DNA from: an uncultured Planctomycetota bacterium
GTDB lineage: Bacteria > Planctomycetota > UBA11346
Length of the DNA stretch: 64,000 bases
Direction: 5' to 3'
Assembly (NCBI GenBank): GCA_903902515.1
Contig: CAIUVD010000069.1
Location: forward strand, 11,475-75,474
Shown: in pieces, positions 36,211-45,118 of the stretch
Layout: each line of letters opens with the position of its first letter
Numbering within the stretch: the first letter of the stretch is position 1
The notes under the pieces: model-generated
What the model was told of the DNA's origin: nothing
Database searches by the model: none
What the model saw: only the letters and a program-made list of their open reading frames with translations
Program-made: the position numbers and the translations under genes

Positions 36211-37140
36211 ATGTCGATGATCCATACCGGCCAACTTGAGGGCTTCCCCGCCGTGACCCTCAGCAACGGCGAGGTGGAGGCGGTGTTTGTGCCGATGCTC
36301 GGTGGGCGCCTCGCGTCCTTGAAGGCGGTGGGGGGGCGCTCCTGGTGCTTTTCCCCCGGTGACCGGCTCCAGCTTTGGGCCAACCGACCGGGGGATCCAT
36401 TCACCACCGGGACCTTCGTCGGCTTGGATGAATGCCTGCCCACCATCACCGCCTGTCGGGTGGATGGACGTGACCTCCCGGACCATGGTAGTTGCTGGAA
36501 CCATCCCTGGGAGCTTCTGCCGGGCGATGGGGTCGGTCTCGGCCTGGACCTGCCCGATTTGCCCCTGCGCCTGGAGCGCCGGGCGACCCTCCGCGGGACC
36601 ACCCTTCGTCTGGACTATGCGCTGACGAACCGCGGTGATCGGCCCGAGCGCTGGGGCTGGGCCTTCCATGGTCTTTTGGCTTTGGCCCCCGGGGATCGTA
36701 TCGAACTGCCCGGGGTGGAGAGCGTCCGGGTGGCGGCCCAGCGCCTGGCCGAACCCCTGTCCCTCCCGACCTGGGCCTGGCCCTCCCCCCGGCCCGACCT
36801 GCACCTGGATACCCTGGACCTGGGCCCCGGCCCGACCTTCCTCAAGGCCTTCGCCGGCCCCCTGGACGATGGCCATGCCGCCGTGTGGGCCCGGGATGGC
36901 CAGGGACTCGCATTGCGGTGGCCCGCCCAGACCAACCCCTGGTGTGGGCTGTGGCTGTCCCGGGGCGGCTACCTGAATCAGCACACCCTCGCCCTGGAAC
37001 CGACCAACCTGCCCTGCGATAGCCTTGAGATGGCCGGTGACCGGGCGGCGGTGCTGGACCCGGGCGCCACGGCCACCTGGTGGGTGGAGATGTGCCTTAC
37101 CCCTCCACGGAACGACCGCCACCGGTCAGTCGGCGGATGA
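36211..37140 (+). CDS. Aldose-1-epimerase (galactose mutarotase)-like / DUF4432-like protein
   Basis: Beta-sandwich-type sequence with conserved His/Asp/Glu positions. Weak family call. Confidence 0.4.
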   Translation: MSMIHTGQLEGFPAVTLSNGEVEAVFVPMLGGRLASLKAVGGRSWCFSPGDRLQLWANRPGDPFTTGTFVGLDECLPTITACRVDGRDLPDHGSCWNHPWELLPGDGVGLGLDLPDLPLRLERRATLRGTTLRLDYALTNRGDRPERWGWAFHGLLALAPGDRIELPGVESVRVAAQRLAEPLSLPTWAWPSPRPDLHLDTLDLGPGPTFLKAFAGPLDDGHAAVWARDGQGLALRWPAQTNPWCGLWLSRGGYLNQHTLALEPTNLPCDSLEMAGDRAAVLDPGATATWWVEMCLTPPRNDRHRSVGG

Positions 37141-38185
37141 GGGCGGTCTCCTGCGCATCGTAGGGCTGGCCATCCGGATGGAGGATCTCGTGGAACCACG
37201 GCGAGGGAGGGGTGGTCATGGGCGTGATCCAGGTCGTCCATGGATACTCGGTTTGGCAGCGGCCGGCCACCAAACCCCAGTTCCAGGCCGCCACCCGATG
37301 GCGGTGCAGCACCGGTAGGCTGCTGGCAAAGGTCGAACCGGCCCCCCGGGCCATGTACTCGCTGCACCACACGGGACGGCCATGAACCGCCAGGTTGGCG
37401 ATGCAGGCCTCCAGCACCTCGGGGGCCCCGTAGTTATGGAAGCTGAGCACATCACTGGCCTCCACCTGGAGGCGCTGGAGGGGGGACAGGTGGTCGGCGG
37501 CGAAGTCCCCCTGCCAAATGCCAGAGGTCAGGGGTTGGCTGGGGGCGACCTCGCGGGCCCAGGCGAAGACCTGCGCCAGCCGCTCCGTCACCAGGTCGGT
37601 CTTCTCGGCGACGGGGAGGTCGAGGTGCTCGTAGGGTTTGCCGGTGCTGTGGTTTTCCGGCTCGTTCCACAGGTCCCAACCGTGGATGCGGCGGTCCTGG
37701 GCAAAACGGGTCAGAACGCCTTGCACATAGGGCTGCAGGCGGGCGAAGCGCGCCGCGTTCCTTACCACTGCGGCGCCGGGGCTCTGCACCCAGCGGGAAT
37801 TGTGCACCCGGGGGATGGGTTCGGGTTGCGGGCCCGGTTGGGGATCCGGATACCAGCAGGAATCGAAGAAGACGAGGAGGGCACCAATGCCGAGCTCCTC
37901 AGCGATGGTCAGGACCCGGTCGATGCGCTCCAGGAATCCGGCGGGGTCTTGCTCCCAGCACAGGTCGTGGAGGAAGATGCGCATGCTGGTCATGCCCAGG
38001 TCGGCGGCCCAGCCCAGCTCGCGGGCGATGGTGGCCGGATCGAAGGTGGCAGCCTGCCAGAATTCCAGCTGGTTGCTGGCGGTGGAGGGCGTGAAGTTGG
38101 CGCCCACCAGCCAAGGCAGGGACGAGCACCAGGCCTGGGCGCGTTCCGGGGACCAGCGGGTGGCGGAGAGGTGGGGGTGGTTCAT
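37097..38185 (-). CDS. Glycoside hydrolase family 5-like (beta-mannanase/cellulase superfamily)
   Basis: (beta/alpha)8 pattern. WDLWNEPEN (catalytic acid/base NEP). VWCSEYM region as candidate nucleophile Glu. Confidence 0.65.
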   Translation of the reverse strand: MNHPHLSATRWSPERAQAWCSSLPWLVGANFTPSTASNQLEFWQAATFDPATIARELGWAADLGMTSMRIFLHDLCWEQDPAGFLERIDRVLTIAEELGIGALLVFFDSCWYPDPQPGPQPEPIPRVHNSRWVQSPGAAVVRNAARFARLQPYVQGVLTRFAQDRRIHGWDLWNEPENHSTGKPYEHLDLPVAEKTDLVTERLAQVFAWAREVAPSQPLTSGIWQGDFAADHLSPLQRLQVEASDVLSFHNYGAPEVLEACIANLAVHGRPVWCSEYMARGAGSTFASSLPVLHRHRVAAWNWGLVAGRCQTEYPWTTWITPMTTPPSPWFHEILHPDGQPYDAQETALIRRLTGGGRSVEG

Positions 38186-38376
38186 GGCCGTGAACGTGCC
38201 TACCGGGGGGCTGGAATGCCATCGGCACGATCCACCGTTTCCTTCGCCAAATCCACCGCCAAATCCACTCAGAGGTAGGAGAGGACGGTTGTGCTTCCTT
38301 TATCGCAGGCCCTCAGGGCGCAGCATGACTGAGGCTCGCAGTCCATTACGAAGCATCCATCGGGATCCTCCATGCC

Positions 38377-39210
38377 ATGCCTGTCACCGCTGCTGACCTT
38401 CGCGAAATCCATGACATCGGGAGCAAGACCCGGGAATGGCTGGTGGCCGGGGAGTCCATCCCCGCCCTGGCCCGGGCACGGATCGTCATGTGTGGAGTGT
38501 CCCGCTGCCGGTCTGGGTTTCATTTCGTGCGTCATGCCTGGGAGCACAGCCAGTTGCTGCTGGCGCTGGGGCCCGGCGGCGCCTGCCTGATCGACGATGA
38601 TTGGCGAGCCCTGGCCCCGGGAGAGGGCTACCTGACTCCCGCTGGGGTCACCCACGCCTATCGCTGCCTGCCGGATCGGACCTGGTGGCACGTCTGGGCC
38701 ATCCTCCAGGAGCCGGAGGACTGTGATCGTCGGATCACCGCCGAGCGCCCCGTCATCATTCCAGGGGATGGGCGGCCCTTGCACGATGCCGTCCTCAACC
38801 TCCACCGGGAGACCATGGGTGCGGGGGATCCCACCCTGGTGCGGCAGTGGTCGGATCTCGTGGTGGCCTTGCTAAGCCGGCACCTGGCCCCGGTTCAGAC
38901 CGACCAGCGCCTGTGGCGCCTGTGGGAGGAGATCGATGCCGATCTGAGCCAACCCTGGACTCTCGGTGACTTGGCGAGACGGGCAGATCTTGGCCAGGAG
39001 CAGTTGCGTCGGCTGTGCCGGCGTCAACTCGATGCCAGCCCGATGCAGCACCTGACGCGTCTACGAATGCGTCGGGCCGCCGCCCTCCTCGCCAGCGGCG
39101 ACCGCTCGATTGGACAGGTGGCGGAGGCCGTCGGCTATGCCAATGCCTTCGCCTTCTCCACCGCCTTCCGGCGGCACCACGGCGTACCGCCATCCTACCG
39201 GCGAACCTGA
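38377..39210 (+). CDS. AraC-family transcriptional regulator
   Basis: Cupin-like N-terminal domain. C-terminal HTH_AraC (WTLGDLARRADLGQEQLRRLCRRQL...VGYANAFAFSTAFRRHHGVPPS). Confidence 0.85.
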   Translation: MPVTAADLREIHDIGSKTREWLVAGESIPALARARIVMCGVSRCRSGFHFVRHAWEHSQLLLALGPGGACLIDDDWRALAPGEGYLTPAGVTHAYRCLPDRTWWHVWAILQEPEDCDRRITAERPVIIPGDGRPLHDAVLNLHRETMGAGDPTLVRQWSDLVVALLSRHLAPVQTDQRLWRLWEEIDADLSQPWTLGDLARRADLGQEQLRRLCRRQLDASPMQHLTRLRMRRAAALLASGDRSIGQVAEAVGYANAFAFSTAFRRHHGVPPSYRRT

Positions 39211-39231
39211 GTCAGGGACGGGATCCGAGGA

Positions 39232-39247
39232 TTGCGGATCTGTGATC
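39232..39247 (+). promoter_or_regulatory. Conserved motif TTGCGGATCTGTGATC (instance 3)
   Basis: 129 nt upstream of heparinase paralog 1. Confidence 0.6.
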
Positions 39248-39375
39248 CTGCCCTCACCTTGGAGTTGGTGACCCTGGGAGATGTTCCCATTCCGTGTTCT
39301 CCCGGCCTGGTCCTGTCCCCCGGCCGCCATGCCAGCCCCATACCCTTCCCGCGTCATCCCCGACGGAGGCATCCC

Positions 39376-41352
39376 ATGGCCCTGAATTCCCTACGGTCCC
39401 CCCACTTTGCGACGGGGTTCCTCGGTCTCGCCGTGCTCAGCATCGTGGGCTGCGGGACCTCGGGCCCATCGAACACGCGCCCCGCCGCTACGCCACCGTC
39501 GTCCTCGACCGCCGCCGCCCCGGCCACAGCCCCGGTCACCACGGCCGTCGGTAAGGTCGACCCGGCTCAAGCTGCCGACCCCTTGGCCAGTGCCGTGCGG
39601 GGCCACCCCCGCCTGTTCGCGGATCGCCCCACCTTCGAACGCATCGCCCGGAGCACCACGCCCGTGGTCCAGGAATCCCTCCGCATCCTGGCGGCCGAAG
39701 CGGCGTTCCACCGCGACCGGCCCCTGCTTGAGCACCGGGTCGACGGCTTCCGCCTGCTGGCGGTCAGCCGCACCGCCGTGCAGCGCATCGGCAGCCTAGC
39801 GGGTGCCTACCGGCTGTTGGGGGATCAGGCCGCTGGTGAAGCCGCCCGTCGCAACCTGATGGCGATTGTCCGTTTCCAGGACTGGAACCCCCGTCACTAC
39901 CTGGATGTCGGGGAAATGACCCTGGCCGCCGCCCTGGGCTACGACTGGTGCCACGACCTGCTGACGCCCGAGGAACGGCAAGAGGTCCGTGCAGCCATCG
40001 CCACCAAGGGCATTCAACCGTCCTTTGTCGAGCCCCGTCCGGGGAATCTCCATTGGGTCGAGGGACACACCAATTGGACCCAGGTGTGCCATGCCGGTCT
40101 GGTGGCGGGGGCCCTGGTGATCCACGAAGAGGAACCGGACCTGGCCCGGCGGACCATCCAGCGAGCCCTCACGTACCTCCCGAAGGCAGCCGATGGCATC
40201 TATGACCCCACGGGGAACTACCCGGAAGGGACCATGTACTGGGGGTACGGAACCATGTACCACCTCATCGCCGTCGAGGCCCTCCGTTCGGTCCTGGGTG
40301 CGGACGGTGGGCTGGGGCGTCATCCCGGCCTTCTGGCCAGTGGCGAGTTTTTTGCCCATGGTCATGGCCCCACGGGCCAGCCGTTTTGTTACGGCGACAG
40401 TTCCGCCGCCACACCGGGATGGCTCGTCAATGCCGCCTCTCTGGCCTGGTTTGCGCGCGAGAACAGCCGCGCGGCCTTGCTGCCACCGCCGCCCAAGACC
40501 CCCCACAAACCCTCGGACAATGCCGCCCATCGCTTCGCGGCCTTCCTGCCGCTGTGGCTCCAGGACCCGCCCTCTCAGGGTGAGGCCCTGCCCCTGGAGT
40601 GGGTCGGCGGCGGTATTCGCCGGGTGTGGTTCTGTCGGAATGCCTGGAACGATCCCAAGGCCTCCTTTGTTGGGGTCACGGCGGGTTCGCCCGGCGATCA
40701 CCATGGGCACATGGACACGGGCAGCTTCATCTTCGAACAGGGTGGCGTGCGCTGGGCCCACGACCTGGGCATGCATCCCTACGAACCGCTCGAGAAAGCT
40801 GGCCTGAAACTGTGGAGCCTGTCTCAGGACAGCCAACGTTGGACGGTTTTCCGGCTGGGTGCCGAAGCCCACAACATCCTCCGTCTGCCGGGCATCACCC
40901 AAAACGTCACCGGTCGCGCGACCCTGGTCCACCGTTCGGAGGATCCCGCCAATCCCGGGTGTGATCTGGACCTGACCTCGCTCTACACCCCCCAGGCTAC
41001 CCGCGTGTTCCGTCAGGTCCGGTTCCCGGGACGCACCGCCCTGGAGGTGACCGACGAGATCGAGGGGCTGGCCATCACCGGCACCCTGCGCTGGCAGATG
41101 ATGACCCGAGCCAAGGTGGACGTGGCGGCGGACGGCCGGGGGGCGATCCTGACCCAGGACGGTCGGTCCCTGCCCTTGTCGGTCACCGAGCCCGCCCAGG
41201 CCCGGGTGACCATCACCCCGGCCGGTCCCACCCTGCCGTTCGAACGCCAGAACCCGGAGTTCACCCGGGTGGTGGTCGAGGTACCCGCTGAACAGGGCTC
41301 CTCGACGCGGATTCGGGTCCACCTGGGTTCCCTCACCACCGCCAAGGAGTGA
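39376..41352 (+). CDS. Heparinase II/III-family polysaccharide lyase (lipoprotein), paralog 1
   Basis: Lipoprotein signal (LAVLSIVGCGTSG). Hepar_II_III_N pattern DWNPRHYLDVGEMTLAAALGYDWCHDLLTPEE. Alpha/alpha toroid followed by a beta-sandwich C-terminus. Confidence 0.85.
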   Translation: MALNSLRSPHFATGFLGLAVLSIVGCGTSGPSNTRPAATPPSSSTAAAPATAPVTTAVGKVDPAQAADPLASAVRGHPRLFADRPTFERIARSTTPVVQESLRILAAEAAFHRDRPLLEHRVDGFRLLAVSRTAVQRIGSLAGAYRLLGDQAAGEAARRNLMAIVRFQDWNPRHYLDVGEMTLAAALGYDWCHDLLTPEERQEVRAAIATKGIQPSFVEPRPGNLHWVEGHTNWTQVCHAGLVAGALVIHEEEPDLARRTIQRALTYLPKAADGIYDPTGNYPEGTMYWGYGTMYHLIAVEALRSVLGADGGLGRHPGLLASGEFFAHGHGPTGQPFCYGDSSAATPGWLVNAASLAWFARENSRAALLPPPPKTPHKPSDNAAHRFAAFLPLWLQDPPSQGEALPLEWVGGGIRRVWFCRNAWNDPKASFVGVTAGSPGDHHGHMDTGSFIFEQGGVRWAHDLGMHPYEPLEKAGLKLWSLSQDSQRWTVFRLGAEAHNILRLPGITQNVTGRATLVHRSEDPANPGCDLDLTSLYTPQATRVFRQVRFPGRTALEVTDEIEGLAITGTLRWQMMTRAKVDVAADGRGAILTQDGRSLPLSVTEPAQARVTITPAGPTLPFERQNPEFTRVVVEVPAEQGSSTRIRVHLGSLTTAKE

Positions 41353-41371
41353 CGAGGCCGGAGGAGGCTGG

Positions 41372-41387
41372 TTGCGTTTTTGTGACG
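41372..41387 (+). promoter_or_regulatory. Degenerate motif copy TTGCGTTTTTGTGACG (instance 4)
   Basis: 35 nt upstream of paralog 2. Matches the consensus at 11/16 positions. Confidence 0.4.
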
Positions 41388-41421
41388 CTGATCCCTTCGC
41401 GCTTCCTGCAGGCTTGGTGCT

Positions 41422-43866
41422 ATGCCCCACTCCCTGCCGCCCCGTCGTCCCCACCGCGATGACCGCCATCCCGGGGGACGGGGAACCCGTACCGGACTCC
41501 GACGGAGGGCGCCTGCACGGTCCTCCGCCGGAGTCCTGGTCCTGGTCGTCCTGGGGTTGGTGGCCGCCGGGGGCTTGGCCTGGTACCACGCCGGGATGCC
41601 GACCACGATTCCCGAGACCGTGGCCAGGGGGCCCACCGCTCCTGCCGTTCCATCGCCCCCAACTCCGGCTCCAGCCCCACCCTCCGCACCCCGGGCTCCG
41701 GAGCACTCCTCACGTAACGAGCCATCCCTCACCGGGGATGTCGTGGCGCGTCAGGGCGCGGCCCCGGCCAAACCACCGCACGACCCGGAACCACCGTTTC
41801 CGACGCCCGCCTTCGCTCGGGGTCTTCCGCCTCCGGGCACGGTGATGCTCGCGGTCTCGCCGCCTCCCGAATCGCCGGAGGTGCCCATGCCCCCCAGTGA
41901 CGCGACGTCATCGACACCGGCTCCGCCAGCGAGCGAGCGCGCGGAACCGGCAGCATCGGAATCGGGCCCGGTTGCCGCTTCGCCACCGTCGTCCAAGACC
42001 CCGGCAAGCCGGTCGAAAACCCCGGCCTCGGGTGCCGCGTCCGCCGCCAAAGGCCGACGTCTTCAACCGGCCACGCTCTTAGCTAGTGCCGTGCGTGGCC
42101 ACCCCCGCCTTTTCGCGGATCGCGCCACTTTTGACCGCATCGCCCGCAGCACCACGCCCATGGTCCAGGAATCCCTCCGCATCCTGGCGGCCGAGGCGGC
42201 GTATCACCGTGCCCGGCCCCTGCTTGAGTATCGGGTTGATGGCTTCCGCCTCCTGGCGGTCAGCCGCTCCGCCGTGCAACGCATCAGCGGCCTGGCAGGC
42301 GCCTACCGGATGCTGGGGGATCGGGACGCCGGTGATGCCGCCTGTCGCAACCTGATGGCGATCGTTCGCTTCCAGGACTGGAACCCCCGTCACTACCTGG
42401 ATGTCGGGGAAATGACCCTGGCCGCCGCCCTGGGCTATGACTGGTGCTACGACTTACTGACGCCCGAGGAACGGCAGGAGGTTCGCGCGGCCATCGCCAC
42501 CAAGGGCATCGAGCCATCCTTCGTCGAACCGCAACTCTTCTGGGTGGCTGGACACACCAACTGGACCCAGGTGTGCCATGCCGGTCTGGTGGCGGGGGCC
42601 CTGGCGATCTACGAAGAGGAACCGGATCTGGCGCGGCGGACCATCCTGCGGGCGCTCACGTATTTGCCGAAGGCTGCCGATACCATCTATGATCCGTCCG
42701 GAAATTATCCGGAAGGGACCATGTACTGGGGCTACGGGACCATGTACCACCTCATCGCCATCGAGGCCCTCCGTTCGGTCCTGGGGTCGGATGGTGGGCT
42801 CGGGAGTCATCCCGGCCTCCTGGCCAGTGGCGAGTTCTTTTCCCATGGTCATGGACCCACGGGCCAGCCGTTCTGTTATGGCGACAGTTCCCCTGCTACG
42901 CCGGGATGGTTGGTCAATGCCGCCTCGCTGGCCTGGTTTGCACGAGAGAACGGCCGCGCGGCCTTGCTGCCGCCGTCCCCCATGACGCCCCATCGATCTT
43001 CGGAGAATGCCGCCCATCGCTTCGCGGCCTTCCTGCCGCTGTGGCTCCAGGATTCGCCTTCCCAGGGTGCGCCTTTGCCCCTGGAGTGGGTCGGCGGCGG
43101 TATTCGCCGCGTGTGGATGGCCCGCAGCGCCTGGAATGATCCCGAGGCCTCCTTCGTCGGGGTCACGGCGGGTTCCCCCGGCGATCACCATGGCCACATG
43201 GACACGGGCAGTTTCATTTTCGAACAGGGTGGCGTGCGCTGGGCCCACGACCTGGGGATGCATCCCTACGAGCCGTTGGAGAAAGCCGGCCTGAAATTGT
43301 GGGACTTGTCCCAGGACAGCCAACGGTGGACGGTCTTCCGTCTGGGTGCTGAGGCCCACAACATCCTTCGTCTTCCGGGCATCACCCAAAATGTCACCGG
43401 CCGCGCGACCCTGGTCCAACGCTCCGAGCATCCTGCCAGACCCGGATGCGATCTGGACCTGACCTCGCTCTACGCCCCCCAGGCTACGCGCGTGGTCCGC
43501 CAGGTCCGGTTCCCGGGGCGCAGCGCCCTGGAGGTGACGGACGAAATCGAAGGCCTGGCCATCACCGGCACCCTGCGCTGGCAGATGATGACCCAGGCCC
43601 AGGTGGAGGTCGCGCCCGACGGTCGGGGGGCGATCCTGACCCAGGACGGCCGGTCTTTGCCCTTGTCGGTTACGGAGCCCGCCCGGGCCCGGGTCACCGT
43701 CACCCCCGCCGGTCCCACCCTGCCGTTCGAACGGGAGAACCCGGAGTTCACGCGGGTGGTGATCGAGGTTCCCGCCGACCAGGGGTCCTCAACCCGGATC
43801 CGGGTCCTCCTGGGTTCCTCCCCGGCCCCTGGCAGACCAGGGAATAGCGAGCGACGCCCACGCTGA
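41422..43866 (+). CDS. Heparinase II/III-family lyase, paralog 2, with N-terminal TM anchor and ~200-aa Pro/Ala/Ser-rich linker
   Basis: TM segment AGVLVLVVLGLVAAGGLAWY, then a low-complexity PTPAPAPPSAP...linker, then a heparinase core ~80% identical to paralog 1. Confidence 0.8.
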   Translation: MPHSLPPRRPHRDDRHPGGRGTRTGLRRRAPARSSAGVLVLVVLGLVAAGGLAWYHAGMPTTIPETVARGPTAPAVPSPPTPAPAPPSAPRAPEHSSRNEPSLTGDVVARQGAAPAKPPHDPEPPFPTPAFARGLPPPGTVMLAVSPPPESPEVPMPPSDATSSTPAPPASERAEPAASESGPVAASPPSSKTPASRSKTPASGAASAAKGRRLQPATLLASAVRGHPRLFADRATFDRIARSTTPMVQESLRILAAEAAYHRARPLLEYRVDGFRLLAVSRSAVQRISGLAGAYRMLGDRDAGDAACRNLMAIVRFQDWNPRHYLDVGEMTLAAALGYDWCYDLLTPEERQEVRAAIATKGIEPSFVEPQLFWVAGHTNWTQVCHAGLVAGALAIYEEEPDLARRTILRALTYLPKAADTIYDPSGNYPEGTMYWGYGTMYHLIAIEALRSVLGSDGGLGSHPGLLASGEFFSHGHGPTGQPFCYGDSSPATPGWLVNAASLAWFARENGRAALLPPSPMTPHRSSENAAHRFAAFLPLWLQDSPSQGAPLPLEWVGGGIRRVWMARSAWNDPEASFVGVTAGSPGDHHGHMDTGSFIFEQGGVRWAHDLGMHPYEPLEKAGLKLWDLSQDSQRWTVFRLGAEAHNILRLPGITQNVTGRATLVQRSEHPARPGCDLDLTSLYAPQATRVVRQVRFPGRSALEVTDEIEGLAITGTLRWQMMTQAQVEVAPDGRGAILTQDGRSLPLSVTEPARARVTVTPAGPTLPFERENPEFTRVVIEVPADQGSSTRIRVLLGSSPAPGRPGNSERRPR

Positions 43867-43998
43867 GACGCCGCTTGATGAGGACGGTGATGGTGCGCCT
43901 GGGTCGGCCCTTCTCAGGCTTCAGGAAGGGTCAGCTGGGGATGGCATCTCGGCGCATCGGCAGCCTGGCCCCGAGCAAATGCGGAGGAGCCTCGAACC

Positions 43999-44014
43999 TT
44001 GCGGATATGTGACG
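43999..44014 (+). promoter_or_regulatory. Conserved motif TTGCGGATATGTGACG (instance 5)
   Basis: 78 nt upstream of the outer-membrane beta-barrel gene. Confidence 0.55.
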
Positions 44015-44091
44015 CTGCGACGGTGACGTCCCCGGTCACGATGGCGATATCAGCCGCCTCATCCCGAGGTGGCCTCTGCTAGGAAACTTCC

Positions 44092-44802
44092 ATGGGTCGT
44101 ATCTTCACCGTCCTTTGCTCCTCCTGCCTTGCCACTCTCGCCATCGGCGCTGAGGGCATGGCCGCGAACAACCTGCGCCTCAGCGTGGGCGTCGCTCGGG
44201 GCTTCGACATCCCGCAGGAAGAGTTGGACAAGACCACCAACAGTTTAATGGAGGAGTTCGATATCGCGGTCGGGGCCTATGAAACCAACGCCGCCACGAC
44301 GCTGGAGGTCCCGATGCTGTTCGAGCTTCCAGCCCAGGGCCGTTTCCGATTCCTGGCTGGACCGGCGGCATTTTACTCGCGCAATACCAACGACATTCAT
44401 CTGTTCGCCACGGACCTCCTGGGTCCCGATTCCCTCACCGCCAACGGCAGCGATACGATTACCGTCGTGGGTCTCAAGCTGTATGGCGGCGGCCGCTACA
44501 TGGTGCAGGACCAGTTCGCCCTCGAGTTCCTCCCCTACCTGGGGTATGGTCGTACGCGGGTCCAGTCGGAGGGGTCTATTCGCGGCGAGCTGGGTGGGAT
44601 CTCCATCGATGAAAACATGCGGGAGACTTACTCCGGGAATGCCCTCCTGTACGGGGCCACCATGGGCGCGTACTACCTGTCGCCTTCGGGATTCCAGATT
44701 GGCTCACGTCTTGGCTATGCGGGCGGAACGTCCACCGTTGATGACGTCAAATACACGCAAAATGGCGCCTCCCTGTCCCTCGATGTCGGCTGGGGCTGGT
44801 AA
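44092..44802 (+). CDS. Outer-membrane beta-barrel protein (porin-like), C-terminal ...GWGW
   Basis: Signal peptide. Alternating amphipathic strands. Aromatic C-terminal residue typical of an OMP beta-signal. Confidence 0.6.
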   Translation: MGRIFTVLCSSCLATLAIGAEGMAANNLRLSVGVARGFDIPQEELDKTTNSLMEEFDIAVGAYETNAATTLEVPMLFELPAQGRFRFLAGPAAFYSRNTNDIHLFATDLLGPDSLTANGSDTITVVGLKLYGGGRYMVQDQFALEFLPYLGYGRTRVQSEGSIRGELGGISIDENMRETYSGNALLYGATMGAYYLSPSGFQIGSRLGYAGGTSTVDDVKYTQNGASLSLDVGWGW

Positions 44803-44860
44803 GATCAGGACCCTCCTGTACGGGGCGGGCCTCTGATCCGCGCCCGATGAAGACCATCTC

Positions 44861-44901
44861 CTGCCCCAACCATCCGCTCTCGTGGCGGATGGTTGGGGCA
44901 G
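44861..44901 (+). terminator. 17-bp perfect stem-loop CTGCCCCAACCATCCGC-tctcgtg-GCGGATGGTTGGGGCAG
   Basis: Seen directly, ~60 nt after the OMP stop codon. No U-tract, as is common in high-GC genomes. Confidence 0.5.
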
Positions 44902-44976
44902 CAGGGGTCCGCGACCACGTGGCTCAACGGCGGGTCCGGTGCATGGCGCTTGCGTCCGATTTGGCGCGTTCTCCGA

Positions 44977-44992
44977 TTGCGGATCTGTGATC
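44977..44992 (+). promoter_or_regulatory. Conserved motif TTGCGGATCTGTGATC (instance 6)
   Basis: 34 nt upstream of ATG 45026 and 127 nt upstream of ATG 45119 of heparinase paralog 3. Confidence 0.6.
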
Positions 44993-45118
44993 TTGGGCCA
45001 GATCTCCCCGAGCGAAAAGGACACGATGTTACGCCCTCCTGCCCCTGTCCGTAGTTCGTCACCGGGACGTCGCCGTGGTCCCGGATCGCCATCACGCCGA
45101 CGTATTCAGAGGCCCACC